This document shows, piece by piece, positions 48,811 through 60,800 of a stretch of DNA of 64,000 nt. The first letter of the stretch is position 1, and each line of letters opens with the position of its first letter. A program made the translations under genes and the position numbers. The notes beneath the pieces were generated by a model. That model was not told the origin of the DNA and did not search any database. It saw nothing but the letters and a program-made list of their open reading frames with translations. The DNA lies in contig JBAXAI010000005.1 of the NCBI GenBank assembly GCA_037142615.1, positions 90,120 through 154,119 of the forward strand, given 5' to 3'. This DNA comes from Spirochaetales bacterium. Its GTDB lineage: Bacteria > Spirochaetota > Spirochaetia > JABEVK01.

Positions 48811-51800
48811 TCACTTGATCACCAGGACGTTGCGGGTTTCATCGATCGACGGAGCGATGACGCGGATGAAGTACACGCCGCGAGCAACGACTTCGCCGGT
48901 GGAGTTCTTGCCGTCCCAGTACACGCTGTAGTCACCGGGAGCCTGCCGACCGCTCTGCAAAACGCGTACCAGCGAACCGTCGAGGGCAAAAACCTGAACC
49001 GTGATCACGCCCGACTTGGCCATCGTGTAGAACACCTGGGTCTGTTGTCCCTTGGTAGGATCGATGACGTTGTTGAGGATGGTCATGCCGTTCTTCTGGG
49101 TTTTGATCGCCTTGAGGGGCGCCTTCCACACCGACAGTTCCCGGGGGTCGGAGTTGTTGGTGCCGTGCACGATGTAGAGCGAGCCGAGTCGGAAGATGAA
49201 CTCGAGGGAACTCCCGTTGAGCAATTCGGGGTCGTTGCCAGGGACAAGGTAGTTCTTGAGGCTGCCATTGCTAGACTGGCTGGCGGGGTCGAGGTAGCGG
49301 GTTTCGCCGTTGGCTTGCGACGGTACCAATCCGGGGAGCGAAGAATACAGCCCGGTTGGGAGCCAGAGGTTGTTGGCGACGAGGCCGCTGGGGACGTTGA
49401 GATCGTAGTACATTCGCAAAGGCAATTGGTTCAAGAGCGGGGTTTTGTCGCCGCCATAGACCTTGGCCTGAAGTTCGATGTCACGCGAAGTGAGCGGCTC
49501 GGCGCCGGTAAAATCGTGGATAACGTGAGCCGTCGCGGTCTGGTTGAGTTCGCCGCCCTTGCCGTCAGAAGCCCAGATGGGCTCAGCGATGTTAAGTCCG
49601 AGGAAGGAAACCGGGTAGTTGACGGTGGTGTCCATGTTGTTTGTCCCGGAAACGACCGAGCTGACGCCCGAACCAAGGTCGACAGCAGCCAGGCGCGAAC
49701 TGATGAAGTCGGAAGGATCAAAGGGCTTCTGCAAATACAAGAAGGCCTGCTGAAACAGATTCGAGTCTCCGTCGAGGAACTCCATCTTCGTTATCTTGTT
49801 GGATGAGTTCGACGAGCCGGTCAGTTTGAGCACGTTCTCGAAGTTGCCAGAGCCCAGCGGGTCGGTAACCTTGACCTGGCGGGAGAACTGCGCGTAGATG
49901 CGGTCCATGTCTTTGCCGGTGAGCGTCAGCGCGAGGTAGGGTGGCGTGCGGTCGATGGCCAGATAGCCGTCGCTGGGGGTCGAGCCGAGCAACTGCCCCG
50001 TCAGGTTGGTCGCCATACCCTGGTACCGGTCATAGAAGAAGCGGTAGTTGACCGTGGGCTTCCAATTCGCCGACACACCGGAAAGTTTGAGGGTGAAGTA
50101 GCCATCGTTCCCGGTTGAGAAGCCTGCCAACGGCGGCGGACCGCCGTTGAAAAGGTCGTTGCTGACGGCGGTGTTATCGACGTAAGGCGGCACGTTGTCC
50201 AACTGCAGATTGTGAGAGCCGTCGAAGGTACTTTCGGTCGTGGTGCGCAGACGGAAACCCACGTGGAATTGGGTAAGCGAACTGTCGCGGACACCAAAAT
50301 GGACCGTGTTGGTGTTGTCGGGGCTGGCCGCCGAGTCCCAAATCTGCAACGAGTGCAAGGTGTTCGACAGGATGTGGAACTGAACTTCGTCGATCTTGTC
50401 GGGCGAGGAGTTGGCCTTGGGAACGACTTCATAGGAGCCAGGCGTAAGGGTGTAGGGGGCGAACTGCGGAGCCTCGAGTTCCCACCCCTGGCCCACTTGG
50501 GTCACCTTGAGATCGACTTTGGGATCCGCAGGGATGGCGAACGGGTAGTTCCACACGATGTTCGAATCCTCGACCGGGTTGCCCGCTGAATCCGTGACGT
50601 TGCCCGCGAAGGCTGGCGGCACCGAGAACGTCTTTCCGTTCGGGTTGGTGGCGTCGTACCAGAAGCCGTCCCAGTATTCGCTGGTCCCGGTACCGGTCGA
50701 GTAGCCCGAAACGTAGACAGTGGCGTCGTAGGAGGTCGCACGGAACACGGAGTTGCCCGACTTGGCGTTCGTCGCGTCGTTCTGGGTAGCGGTGGGATCA
50801 GCGCCCGCGTTGGCCGCCCCCCAGCTCCGGGTGCTGCGGTAGAGAGTTCCTGGGTAGGTAAACATTCCTGTTACCTGCACGGTTGTCCCGTCGGTTGTGT
50901 AGCTGTCGCCGAAGCCGTTGGCGGAACGAACGTTGGAGGCACCTGAGGCGATGGTTGAACCGGTCAGCGAGGTCGCGTCGAGGGTCACGGGCTCGGACCA
51001 GGTCGCGTTGTAACCATTGTGACCGTCCTGGGGGGTAGCCGGGGGAAAGGCCTTGGCCGCCTGGGAGGCCGATACCGCGAGCAAAACAGGGCGGGCTCTG
51101 TCGGTAGTCGCGGTGTAGCGCGCACTGAGCGTTGCGCCATTGTAGTTGGCTGCGTCGTAGTTGATGACAGGGTTCCCTGTGGTGGAGTAGAACAGGCCCT
51201 TTTCGAGGGTGAGGTCGGGCGTCAGCGTCTGGTGGGTTCCGGCACGGTCGGTCGAGGCGGCACCGGCGCCCAACGAGGTGCCGGTGGCATCGGTGTTCCA
51301 GGTATTCGGAGACAGCATTTGGAAAGACAACGTGGTCTTGTCGCCGGTCGCCATCGCCACCGTGCCGTATTCTCCCGCAACCCCCGCGGTGCCCGCGGTG
51401 AAGTCCCAGGCGCTGTCGGCGATGCGGGTACCACCGCTGAAGCGGAAATTGTCGATTTCCTGACCCGCCGTGGCGTGGTTGAAGGGCCCGGCGTCGCCGC
51501 TGACCTCGCCTTGGGCGTTTTGAAGGCTGTGATTGAAGACTACCTCGACCAGGTTGTCGAACCGCGTGGAGGCGGAGGTGACCGTAGTCGCCGTGAAGTC
51601 CCAGTTGGTGTTGGTTCCGGTACTGGTGAAGGCTGCGACCGAAGTCATGGCTGCGGCGATGGGCCGACTCGCCGCGAGGTTGTTGATGACGGCTCCACTG
51701 GCGGTGGTGATGGCGACCGCAAAGGGCCTTCCGAACCAGTCGGTGGCCGGCGTGTACGTCGGGGGAGCGGTCAAGGTGGACGGCAAGGGCACGGGTGACT

Positions 51801-54800
51801 TCGACGTCCAGTGTGCCGACGACAAGGTCAGCGTGACCGGGTTGGCGCCGGTAAGGGTGGCCCCATAGTTGTAGAAGTTGCCAGCCACCGACAGGACGGG
51901 AGCGGCGCCCGTGAACGACAGCGACCCAGTCATCAGGCCGGCGGCGGGCGTGTTCGGGGTAGCGGCGGCGTTGAGAAAGTTGGGGCTGCCCGTGAAGGCG
52001 GCCAGGGCGGCATTCATCGCCGCCACCGTGGGCAACTGCGAGCCAAAGTAGGGGTAGCCGAGGCGGCCGGCGTAGGTCCACCCGGGGCCGGTGCGGGTCT
52101 GGGCCAATTCGCCGTCGTCGTTGGGGTCGTAGGTGACGCCGTTGATGGTGTAGCTCTGGTACTTGGTGCCGTAGACCACGAGGTCGCCGGTCAGGGTGAG
52201 GTTTTTGCCCCCGTTGTTCCAGGTGCCCTTGAACACAGCGAGGTTTTGCGCTGTCAGGTCGGTGGCCTGCACGAGGCTGCCGCCGTTGGCAACCAGAATC
52301 AGGTGGTGGAAGGTGATGCCGGTCGCATCGACCGTGCGCGCGCCGGTAGGCACCAGAATCACCGAGGATTGAGGGATCGAAGCCGACGTGAGCGTGAGGT
52401 TTCCATTGATCAGGAAGTTGCGAGCCACGCCCGCGTCACTCAGGGCCCCGGCGCCCGCGCCTTGGGTGAAGTTGCCCAGCACTTCGAGGGCCGAACCCAG
52501 GATGAGCGAACCGGTTCCGTTGAGTTGAACGCTGTCGAACTTCTGGCCGTTGGAGTTGAGCGTGGTGGCACCGGCACCGGTGAACAGCACGTCGGTGCCC
52601 ACGCTGGGGGTAAACGTACCCAAAGTGACCGCCGCGGCTGCCGAGCCTGAGGTGGTGAACGTGAGCGTGCTGCTGGCGTTTCGGGTTAACGTGCCGCCCG
52701 TGCCGGTGAAATTGCCGACAACGATCAGTCCCCCCGCGCCCACCGTCAACGTGCCTGCCGAGTGGCTGATGGTGCCGGTCGTCGAAGTGAGCGTGGTGAG
52801 GGAGCCGCCGATGGCGACGGTGCGGCCGTAGGCTTGGTTGTTGGTGGTCGTGATGCTGGTGCCGTTGACGTTCACGGGGGTAGCAGCGGTGCCCGTGATG
52901 GTCAACGACGTCAGCGGGGTCGTGCCGCCGACAGCGCCGGTGAACGTGACGGGACCGGTACCCGAGGCGATGGTCAGGTTGTGCGCGCCGTTCAAGGTTT
53001 GGGCGAACGTGACCGTGTCGGTGGCGGCGGCACCCGAGGTGAGCGCGGCGTCAGCCGTAAGAACGACGGGATCGTTGAACGCGAAGAAGCCGTTGGGAGT
53101 GGCGGTCGTGAAACCGGCGGCGTTGAGCACCGTGCTGCCGGCGGCATTCGTGGTCAGGCTGGCCAAGGCGGTTGTGGCTCCGACACTACCGCTGAAGGTT
53201 GTGGCACCGGCCGTGTTGACGGTCAGAGCCTTCGGTCCGTTCACGGTCGACACAAACGTCACGGCGCCCGAACCGGAGCTGGTCGCCACCAGGTCGTTCG
53301 TCCCGATCGTCACCGCATCGTTGTAGGTCTGCGCGCCGGTGGTCGTCACCGAGGCGCCGTTGAGGGCCGTGGAACCCGATGCGCTGGTGGTCAGCGAGGT
53401 GAGTGCGGTTGTTCCGCCCACAGCAGCGGCGAACACCGAGGCCCCGGAAGAGTTCACGGTGAGGTTGACGGCCCCGTTCACGGTGTTATTGAAGTTCGAG
53501 GTGGTGCCGGTGACCGTCAGGTCGGCCCCAAGGCTCAGGGCATCGTTGTAGGTTTGCGTCACGGCGAACACCGCGCCGCCGTTGAGGAAGGTGGTGCCGC
53601 CGGCGTCGGTGGTCAGGCTGGTGAGCAGGGTTCCGACGGTGCCTACCGCCTGGGAGAACGTGGTGGAGGCAGTCCCGGCGTTGACCGTCAGGGACTGGGC
53701 CCCGGTGATGGCCGCCGCAAAACCCACCGTGGCGTTGGTGGTGGCGACGATGACGGGCCCCGTAAGGCCCACCGCGTTGGCAAAGCTGACCGTTCCGGCC
53801 GAGGTCAGGTTCGACCCGAGGCTGCTGGTCCCGGTGCCGCCGCTGTTGTTCTGCGCGAAGCTGCCGACGTTGAACGGAGCCGCGTTGGCCGCTGCCATCG
53901 TGAAGAGGCCCGAATTGGTGATTCCCACCGCGCCGGTGATCGTCCAGCCCTGGTTGGCCGTGAGCGCCGTTCCCGTGAAGCTCACGCTGGCCGCCTTGAC
54001 GGTGTTCGAGAAGGTCGCTGCCGCCATGTTGCTGAGGGTCACCGCCCCCAGGGTCGTCGTGCCGACGGCGCCGGTGACCTGCAAGGTTCCCACGGTGTCG
54101 GCGGCGAACGTCTGGGTGCCGTCGAGCGTCGAGCTGAGGGTAATGTTGCCTGCGGCCCCCACGCCGGTGCTGCGCAGGGTGGTCGGTCCCCCGAGAATCA
54201 CGGCGTCGCTCCAGGTCTGGGTGCCGGTGGTGGTCAGGGTTCCCGACACGGTGACGGTGCTGCCGGCGTTCTCGACAAACGTCCCCAGGTTGTTGGTGGT
54301 ACCGAGGTTGCCCAGCACCAGGGTGATCGGGGCCGAGCTGCTGAGGGTCAGGTTGTAGTGGCTGGAGGTGGCGTCCACGGCGTCGACAACATTCGCGAAG
54401 CTGACGGTGGTGTCGGTGAGCACGGCGTTGTTGCCCAGCGTGACCGGGTCGTTGTAGGTCTGGGCCCCGCTGGTGGTCACCACAAGGCCGTTGACCGCCG
54501 TCGAACCGGGGGCATCCGTGGTCAGGCTGGCCAGCGCGGTTGTCGCTCCCACTGCGGCGTTGAGGTTGGTGGAACCGGCCGTGTTGACGGTCAGCGCCTT
54601 CGGACCGTTGACGGTCGAGGCAAAGCTCACGTTGGCCGAACCGGTGCTTGCCGCGACCAGGTCGAGGCCTCCGATGGTGACCGGGTCGTTGTAGGTCTGC
54701 GCTCCGGTGGTGGTCACCGCGCCGCCGTTGACCGCCGTCGTGCCGGGGCCATCCGTGGTCAGGCTGGCCAGCGCCGTCGTCCCGCCCACCGCGCCCCCGA

Positions 54801-57800
54801 ACGTCGTGACCCCCGAGGTGTTCACCGCCAGCCCAAACCCGCCGTTCACCGTGCTCGAAAAGGTTGTCGTTGCGCTGGTTACCGTCGTGAGGGCGCCCAC
54901 GGTGACCGGATCGTTGTAGGTTTGTGCTCCGCTGGTCGTCACCGCGCCGCCGTTGAGGGCCGTCGTGCCCGCCAAGTCCGTAATCAGGCTGGTCAGGGGC
55001 GTCGTTGCTCCCACGGCAGCTGAGAAGGTGGTTGCTCCCGAGGTGTTGACGGTCAGCGCAAAAGCCCCGTTGAGCGTGTTGGCAAACGCTGTTGTTCCGC
55101 TGGTCACAGTCGTGATGGCACCCAGGGAAACCGGGTCGCTGTAGGTCTGGGTACCGCTGGTGGTCACGGAGCCGCCGTTGAGGGCCGTCGTACCGGCCAG
55201 GTCGGTGGTCAGGCTGGCCAAGGCGGACGAACCACCGACGATGCCGCTAAAGGTCGAGGAACCCGCAGTATTGACGGTCAGAGCCTTCGGTCCGTTCACG
55301 GTCGACACAAACGTCACGGCGCCCGAACCGGAGCTGGTCGCCACCAGGTCGTTCGTCCCGATCGTCACCGCATCGTTGTAGGTCTGCGCGCCGGTGGTCG
55401 TCACCGAGGCGCCGTTGAGGGCCGTGGAACCCGATGCGCTGGTGGTCAGCGAGGTGAGTGCGGTTGTTCCGCCCACAGCAGCGGCGAACACCGAGGCCCC
55501 GGAAGAGTTCACGGTGAGGTTGACGGCCCCGTTCACGGTGTTATTGAAGTTCGAGGTGGTGCCGGTGACCGTCAGGTCGGCCCCAAGGCTCAGGGCATCG
55601 TTGTAGGTTTGCGTCACGGCGAACACCGCGCCGCCGTTGAGGAAGGTGGTGCCGCCGGCGTCGGTGGTCAGGCTGGTGAGCAGGGTTCCGACGGTGCCTA
55701 CCGCCTGGGAGAACGTGGTGGAGGCAGTCCCGGCGTTGACCGTCAGGGACTGGGCCCCGGTGATGGCCGCCGCAAAACCCACCGTGGCGTTGGTGGTGGC
55801 GACGATGACGGGCCCCGTAAGGCCCACCGCGTTGGCAAAGCTGACCGTTCCGGCCGAGGTCAGGTTCGACCCGAGGCTGCTGGTCCCGGTGCCGCCGCTG
55901 TTGTTCTGCGCGAAGCTGCCGACGTTGAACGGAGCCGCGTTGGCCGCTGCCATCGTGAAGAGGCCCGAATTGGTGATTCCCACCGCGCCGGTGATCGTCC
56001 AGCCCTGGTTGGCCGTGAGCGCCGTTCCCGTGAAGCTCACGCTGGCCGCCTTGACGGTGTTCGAGAAGGTCGCTGCCGCCATGTTGCTGAGGGTCACCGC
56101 CCCCAGGGTCGTCGTGCCGACGGCGCCGGTGACCTGCAAGGTTCCCACGGTGTCGGCGGCGAACGTCTGGGTGCCGTCGAGCGTCGAGCTGAGGGTAATG
56201 TTGCCTGCGGCCCCCACGCCGGTGCTGCGCAGGGTGGTCGGTCCCCCGAGAATCACGGCGTCGCTCCAGGTCTGGGTGCCGGTGGTGGTCAGGGTTCCCG
56301 ACACGGTGACGGTGCTGCCGGCGTTCTCGACAAACGTCCCCAGGTTGTTGGTGGTACCGAGGTTGCCCAGCACCAGGGTGATCGGGGCCGAGCTGCTGAG
56401 GGTCAGGTTGTAGTGGCTGGAGGTGGCGTCCACGGCGTCGACAACATTCGCGAAGCTGACGGTGGTGTCGGTGAGCACGGCGTTGTTGCCCAGCGTGACC
56501 GGGTCGTTGTAGGTCTGGGCCCCGCTGGTGGTCACCACAAGGCCGTTGACCGCCGTCGAACCGGGGGCATCCGTGGTCAGGCTGGCCAGCGCGGTTGTCG
56601 CTCCCACTGCGGCGTTGAGGTTGGTGGAACCGGCCGTGTTGACGGTCAGCGCCTTCGGACCGTTGACGGTCGAGGCAAAGCTCACGTTGGCCGAACCGGT
56701 GCTTGCCGCGACCAGGTCGAGGCCTCCGATGGTGACCGGGTCGTTGTAGGTCTGCGCTCCGGTGGTGGTCACCGCGCCGCCGTTGACCGCCGTCGTGCCG
56801 GGGCCATCCGTGGTCAGGCTGGCCAGCGCCGTCGTCCCGCCCACCGCGCCCCCGAACGTCGTGACCCCCGAGGTGTTCACCGCCAGCCCAAACCCGCCGT
56901 TCACCGTGCTCGAAAAGGTCACGGGCGAGTTTGTGGTCGTGACCGTCACCGCGTCGGCCAGAGCAACGGGATTGAGGAACCCGACCGACGCCGTGGTGCT
57001 CGTCGAGGTGGTCAGGTTCGAACCAAGGCTGCTGGAGCCTCCGCCGCTCTGCGTGAAGGCACCCGTACTCGAGAGCGGAGCCGCATTCGCCGTAGCCGTC
57101 GTAAACGTTCCGGTGTTGGTGACCGTCGTCGTCCCTCCCACCGTCCAGGCGCCGTTCGCTGTCAGGCTCGTCCCGGTGAATGCGAAGTTGTTGTCGTAGG
57201 TTTGGCTGGTCTGGAACGTCGTCAGGCTACTTCCGGCCGCTTGGGTCAGGCTCTTGGAATACACCGCCGAACCGAACGTCACCGAGGCGGCGCTGGTAAT
57301 GGTCAGGTCGCCCAGGTGGGTGCCCGGACTGCCGACTTGGCCAACCACGCTGATATTGCCCGCCCCCGCCAGCAGTGTCAGGGCCTGGACGAGCGTTGTC
57401 GTCGGATTCACCGTGCTCGACAGCGTTAGCGTGCCCGCTCCCCCGCTGTTGGACAGCTGAAGGCTGCTGGTCAGCACAACGGGGGTGGCAAAGCTCAACG
57501 CCGTGTTGGTCGTGGTCACGTTTGACCCCAGGCTGCTGGAGCCCGCTCCATTCTGGGTGAACGCCCCGCTACTGGCCAGCGCCGCCGCATTCGCCGTGGC
57601 CGTGGTGAACGTTCCCGAGTTTGTCACTGTCGTCGTGCCTGCCACCGTCCAGCCCGCGTTGACCGTCAGGTTCACCCCCGTGAAAGCGAAGTTGCCCGTG
57701 TAGTTCTGGACCCCGCTGAAGGTTGTCGTCTTGGTAGCTGTGGCCGTGGCCTGGGTGAAGCTGGCCGCGGTGACACTTCCCGAAAACCCGACGTCGGAGG

Positions 57801-60800
57801 CACTGGTGATCGTGAGGCCAGCAATCGGCTTCGGCGTGGTGGAAGCGGCACCCACGTTACCCGTGAACGTGACGTTTCCACTGCCGGCGACGATGGTCAG
57901 CGAGTTCGTCCGGGCAGGTTGCAGGTCGTCGTCGTCGAGGGTCTTCTGGAAGTCGACACTGCCGCCGCCCGACGTGAGGGTGATCAAGGCTCCAGCCGCC
58001 GGCCTCAGGCGCACGGGCTGGACAAAGGTGACGGGCTGACCGCCCGAGTTGATGTCCTTGGTCAGGTAGATGATGCCGACAGAGTTGTACAGGTCCGTGA
58101 TCAGCGGGCCCGTCACCGTCACGGTGCCCATTACCACGCTGCCGCCGTTACCCATCAGGTACACGCCCGCCGAGTTGGTGCCCAAGACATTCACCGCCGT
58201 GTGGCCCGCCTTCACAATGAGGGGGCGATAGCCGGTGTAGGGTGAGGCGGCCACCGGGCCCGAACCGATGAAGGCCCCGGCGGCCGCATTCGTCGCCAAA
58301 TTGAGGGTACCCGCCATCGAGATGCCGTTGTTGGTGGTGCCGGTACCGGGAATCCGCGCTGACGCGAGGCTTGCGTCGGCATTGAGGTTGAGGACCACCG
58401 ACGCGTTCGAACCCAGGTTGATCGCATCGGCCGCTCCGGCAGCGCTGCTGGTGTCGAGCACGATGGTGCCCCCGGCGCCGTCGGAGTTGACATCGAGGTT
58501 AACACCGGTCCCGTTTGTCAGGGAAAGGTCGGCCTTGCCCAAGGTAACGACCCCCGTCTGTGTACCGCTCTGGCCCAGCACGATCTTGCCGAAGGTGGCA
58601 CCCGACTGAAGGCGGACGATTTCGCTGTTGTCGAGGTTCCAGTGAGCGGCATTGCCGTCGGTGAAGCCAAAGTTCATCGCTGTCGAGGCTGTTCGGGAGG
58701 ACAAGTTGAGCGTGCCGCTGCCCAGGGTCCAGGTGCCGAAGCTTCCGAGGTCAACGTCGTTTGCCACCAAGGTCTCGCTCAGGTTCGACGAGGTGAAGTT
58801 GCCATGAAGCACCAGAGTGGGCGCTGTCCAGGTGGCGGCCTGACTGGCACTGAGGGTGCGCGGAGTTCCGACGATCCCCGCGACCCACGTCTGGGTGCCG
58901 CTGGTGGTGTACACCGTACCCGCAAAAGTGACGGAACCAGCCGTTCCGGCGGTCACCGACACGGTTCCAACCCCGGCCGCAGCCGTGGAGGCACCGAGGT
59001 TGGCAAACACCACCGCCTGCGCGTTCGTCAGCGTGAGCGAGGTCAGCGCCGTCGATCCGCCGACGACGCCGTCGAAGGTGAAGTCGCCCGCGTTGACGGT
59101 TCCCCCTTGCAGCGAGAGGGTTTGTGCTCCGTTGATGGTGGCGCTGGCGGAGTTGAACCAGACCTTCTTTCCGGCGACCCCCGACCCCTGGCTGATCGTG
59201 GTTGCCGCGCCCAAGAGCGTGGGCCGGTTGATCGTGACGTTGCTCCCCGAGGTCAAAAGGACCGTTCCGGCAAAGTTCAGGTTGAGGTTGCCCGCGGGGG
59301 TCCAGTTCTGGTCGCCAGAGCCGGAATCGACCTGCGCCGTGAGGCTCAAATCGCTGGCCGACGTATCGACGTCGAGGCTCCGGTTGCCGGTGACCACCGA
59401 GCCCAACGTCAGGGAGGTCTGTCCCCGCAAAAAGACGACGCCGGTTCCAGCGACCTGGGACGAGTTGGCCACCACCACCGTTCCGACGCCGGAGCCGAAC
59501 ACCAGGCGGTGCGTGGTGTCGCTACCCAGACTGGCGCTGGTGGCTCCGGTCGCGTTGGTCGACAGGGTGATCGTCGCGCTGGTGCCCGTGAGGGAGGCAT
59601 TGGCGACGCCCGTCGAGGTGATTCCGCTGGTCCCACTGGAAAGGACAAGCGGCACATTGTTGGCGCTCAGGTTAAGGGCATCGGCTGCGGCGTTATCGAG
59701 CGAGAACCCGCCGGCGCCCAGGTTGGAGTTGAGTGTCACCGAGGCCAAGCCGGTGACGGCCGCATGCAGGCTGGCCCCGGCTGCGGTGATCAGGCCCGAT
59801 TGCGTGCCCGAGAGCCCGACGACGAGCGTTGCGGCTCCGCGCAGGTTGTCCAGGTCGGTGTTGTCGAGGGTCATGGTTCCGGTGGCCGTGCCCAAGCCGA
59901 TGGTTTCGGCACCGGTGCGGGTGTGCAGTCTGACGTTCCCACCGACGGTCAGAGCCGCCAGGACGTCGAGGTCACTCGAGGCGACGGTCAGGTTGCCGGT
60001 GAGCGACGTTGTCGACGAAAAGGTCAGTTTGCCCGAGCTCGTCACAGTGAAGGTTGTCAGGGCCGTCGCGTCGGACGTGCCCACGGCTCCGGCGAAGCCA
60101 ATCGTCCCGGAACCGGTGTTCAGCGTCAGGGTCTCGGCCGCGCTGCCCGTGGTGCCGTCGGTGCTGCCCGCGACCGTGACATTGCCGCCCGAGGTGGTGA
60201 TTGTCAGTGCCGTCCCTTCGGCGAGAACCAGGTTGCCGACGCTGCCGCCGATCGTCACGACACCCCCGTTGGTGGTGAGGTTGGCCGCAAGGTTGACTGA
60301 TCCGTTCGTTCCGGCGGTGACCAGGCCTTGCCCCGCACCGGTGATTTGCAGTAGCCCGGTGGCGGCCTTGGTGAAAACGCCGCTGTTGGTCACCGCGATA
60401 GCGCCTGCGCTGGTCAGCGCGTTGTTCACGGCGTAGGTAGTCCCCTTGAGGGTGGCCGACCCCACCGTCACGGTGCTGGCAAAGGTGGTCGCGCCCGTCG
60501 CCGCGTTCGTTTGGGTAAGGGCCCCCGTGATCGCCAGAGCGTTGCTGAAAGTGAGCGCACCCGAGTTGGTCACGGTCAGGTCGGTGAGCATCGTCGCGCT
60601 CCCGGAACCTACGGCGCCAGTGAAGCCAACCGTTCCTGTGCCGGTATCGAGCGTGAAGGTCTCGGCGGCCCCACCGGTAGTTCCGTCGGTCGCCAGGGCC
60701 ACCGAGAAGTTGCCACCCGAGGTGCTGATGGTTGGGGTGGCCGCCTGCGCCAGAATCAGGTTTCCGCTTAAACCCACCGCTCCGCCGTTGGTGGTGATGC

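Noticed and set aside
52800-57700. Short periodic repeats as a CRISPR array
   Set aside because: They are in-frame coding repeats with synonymous variation, and there are no cas genes.
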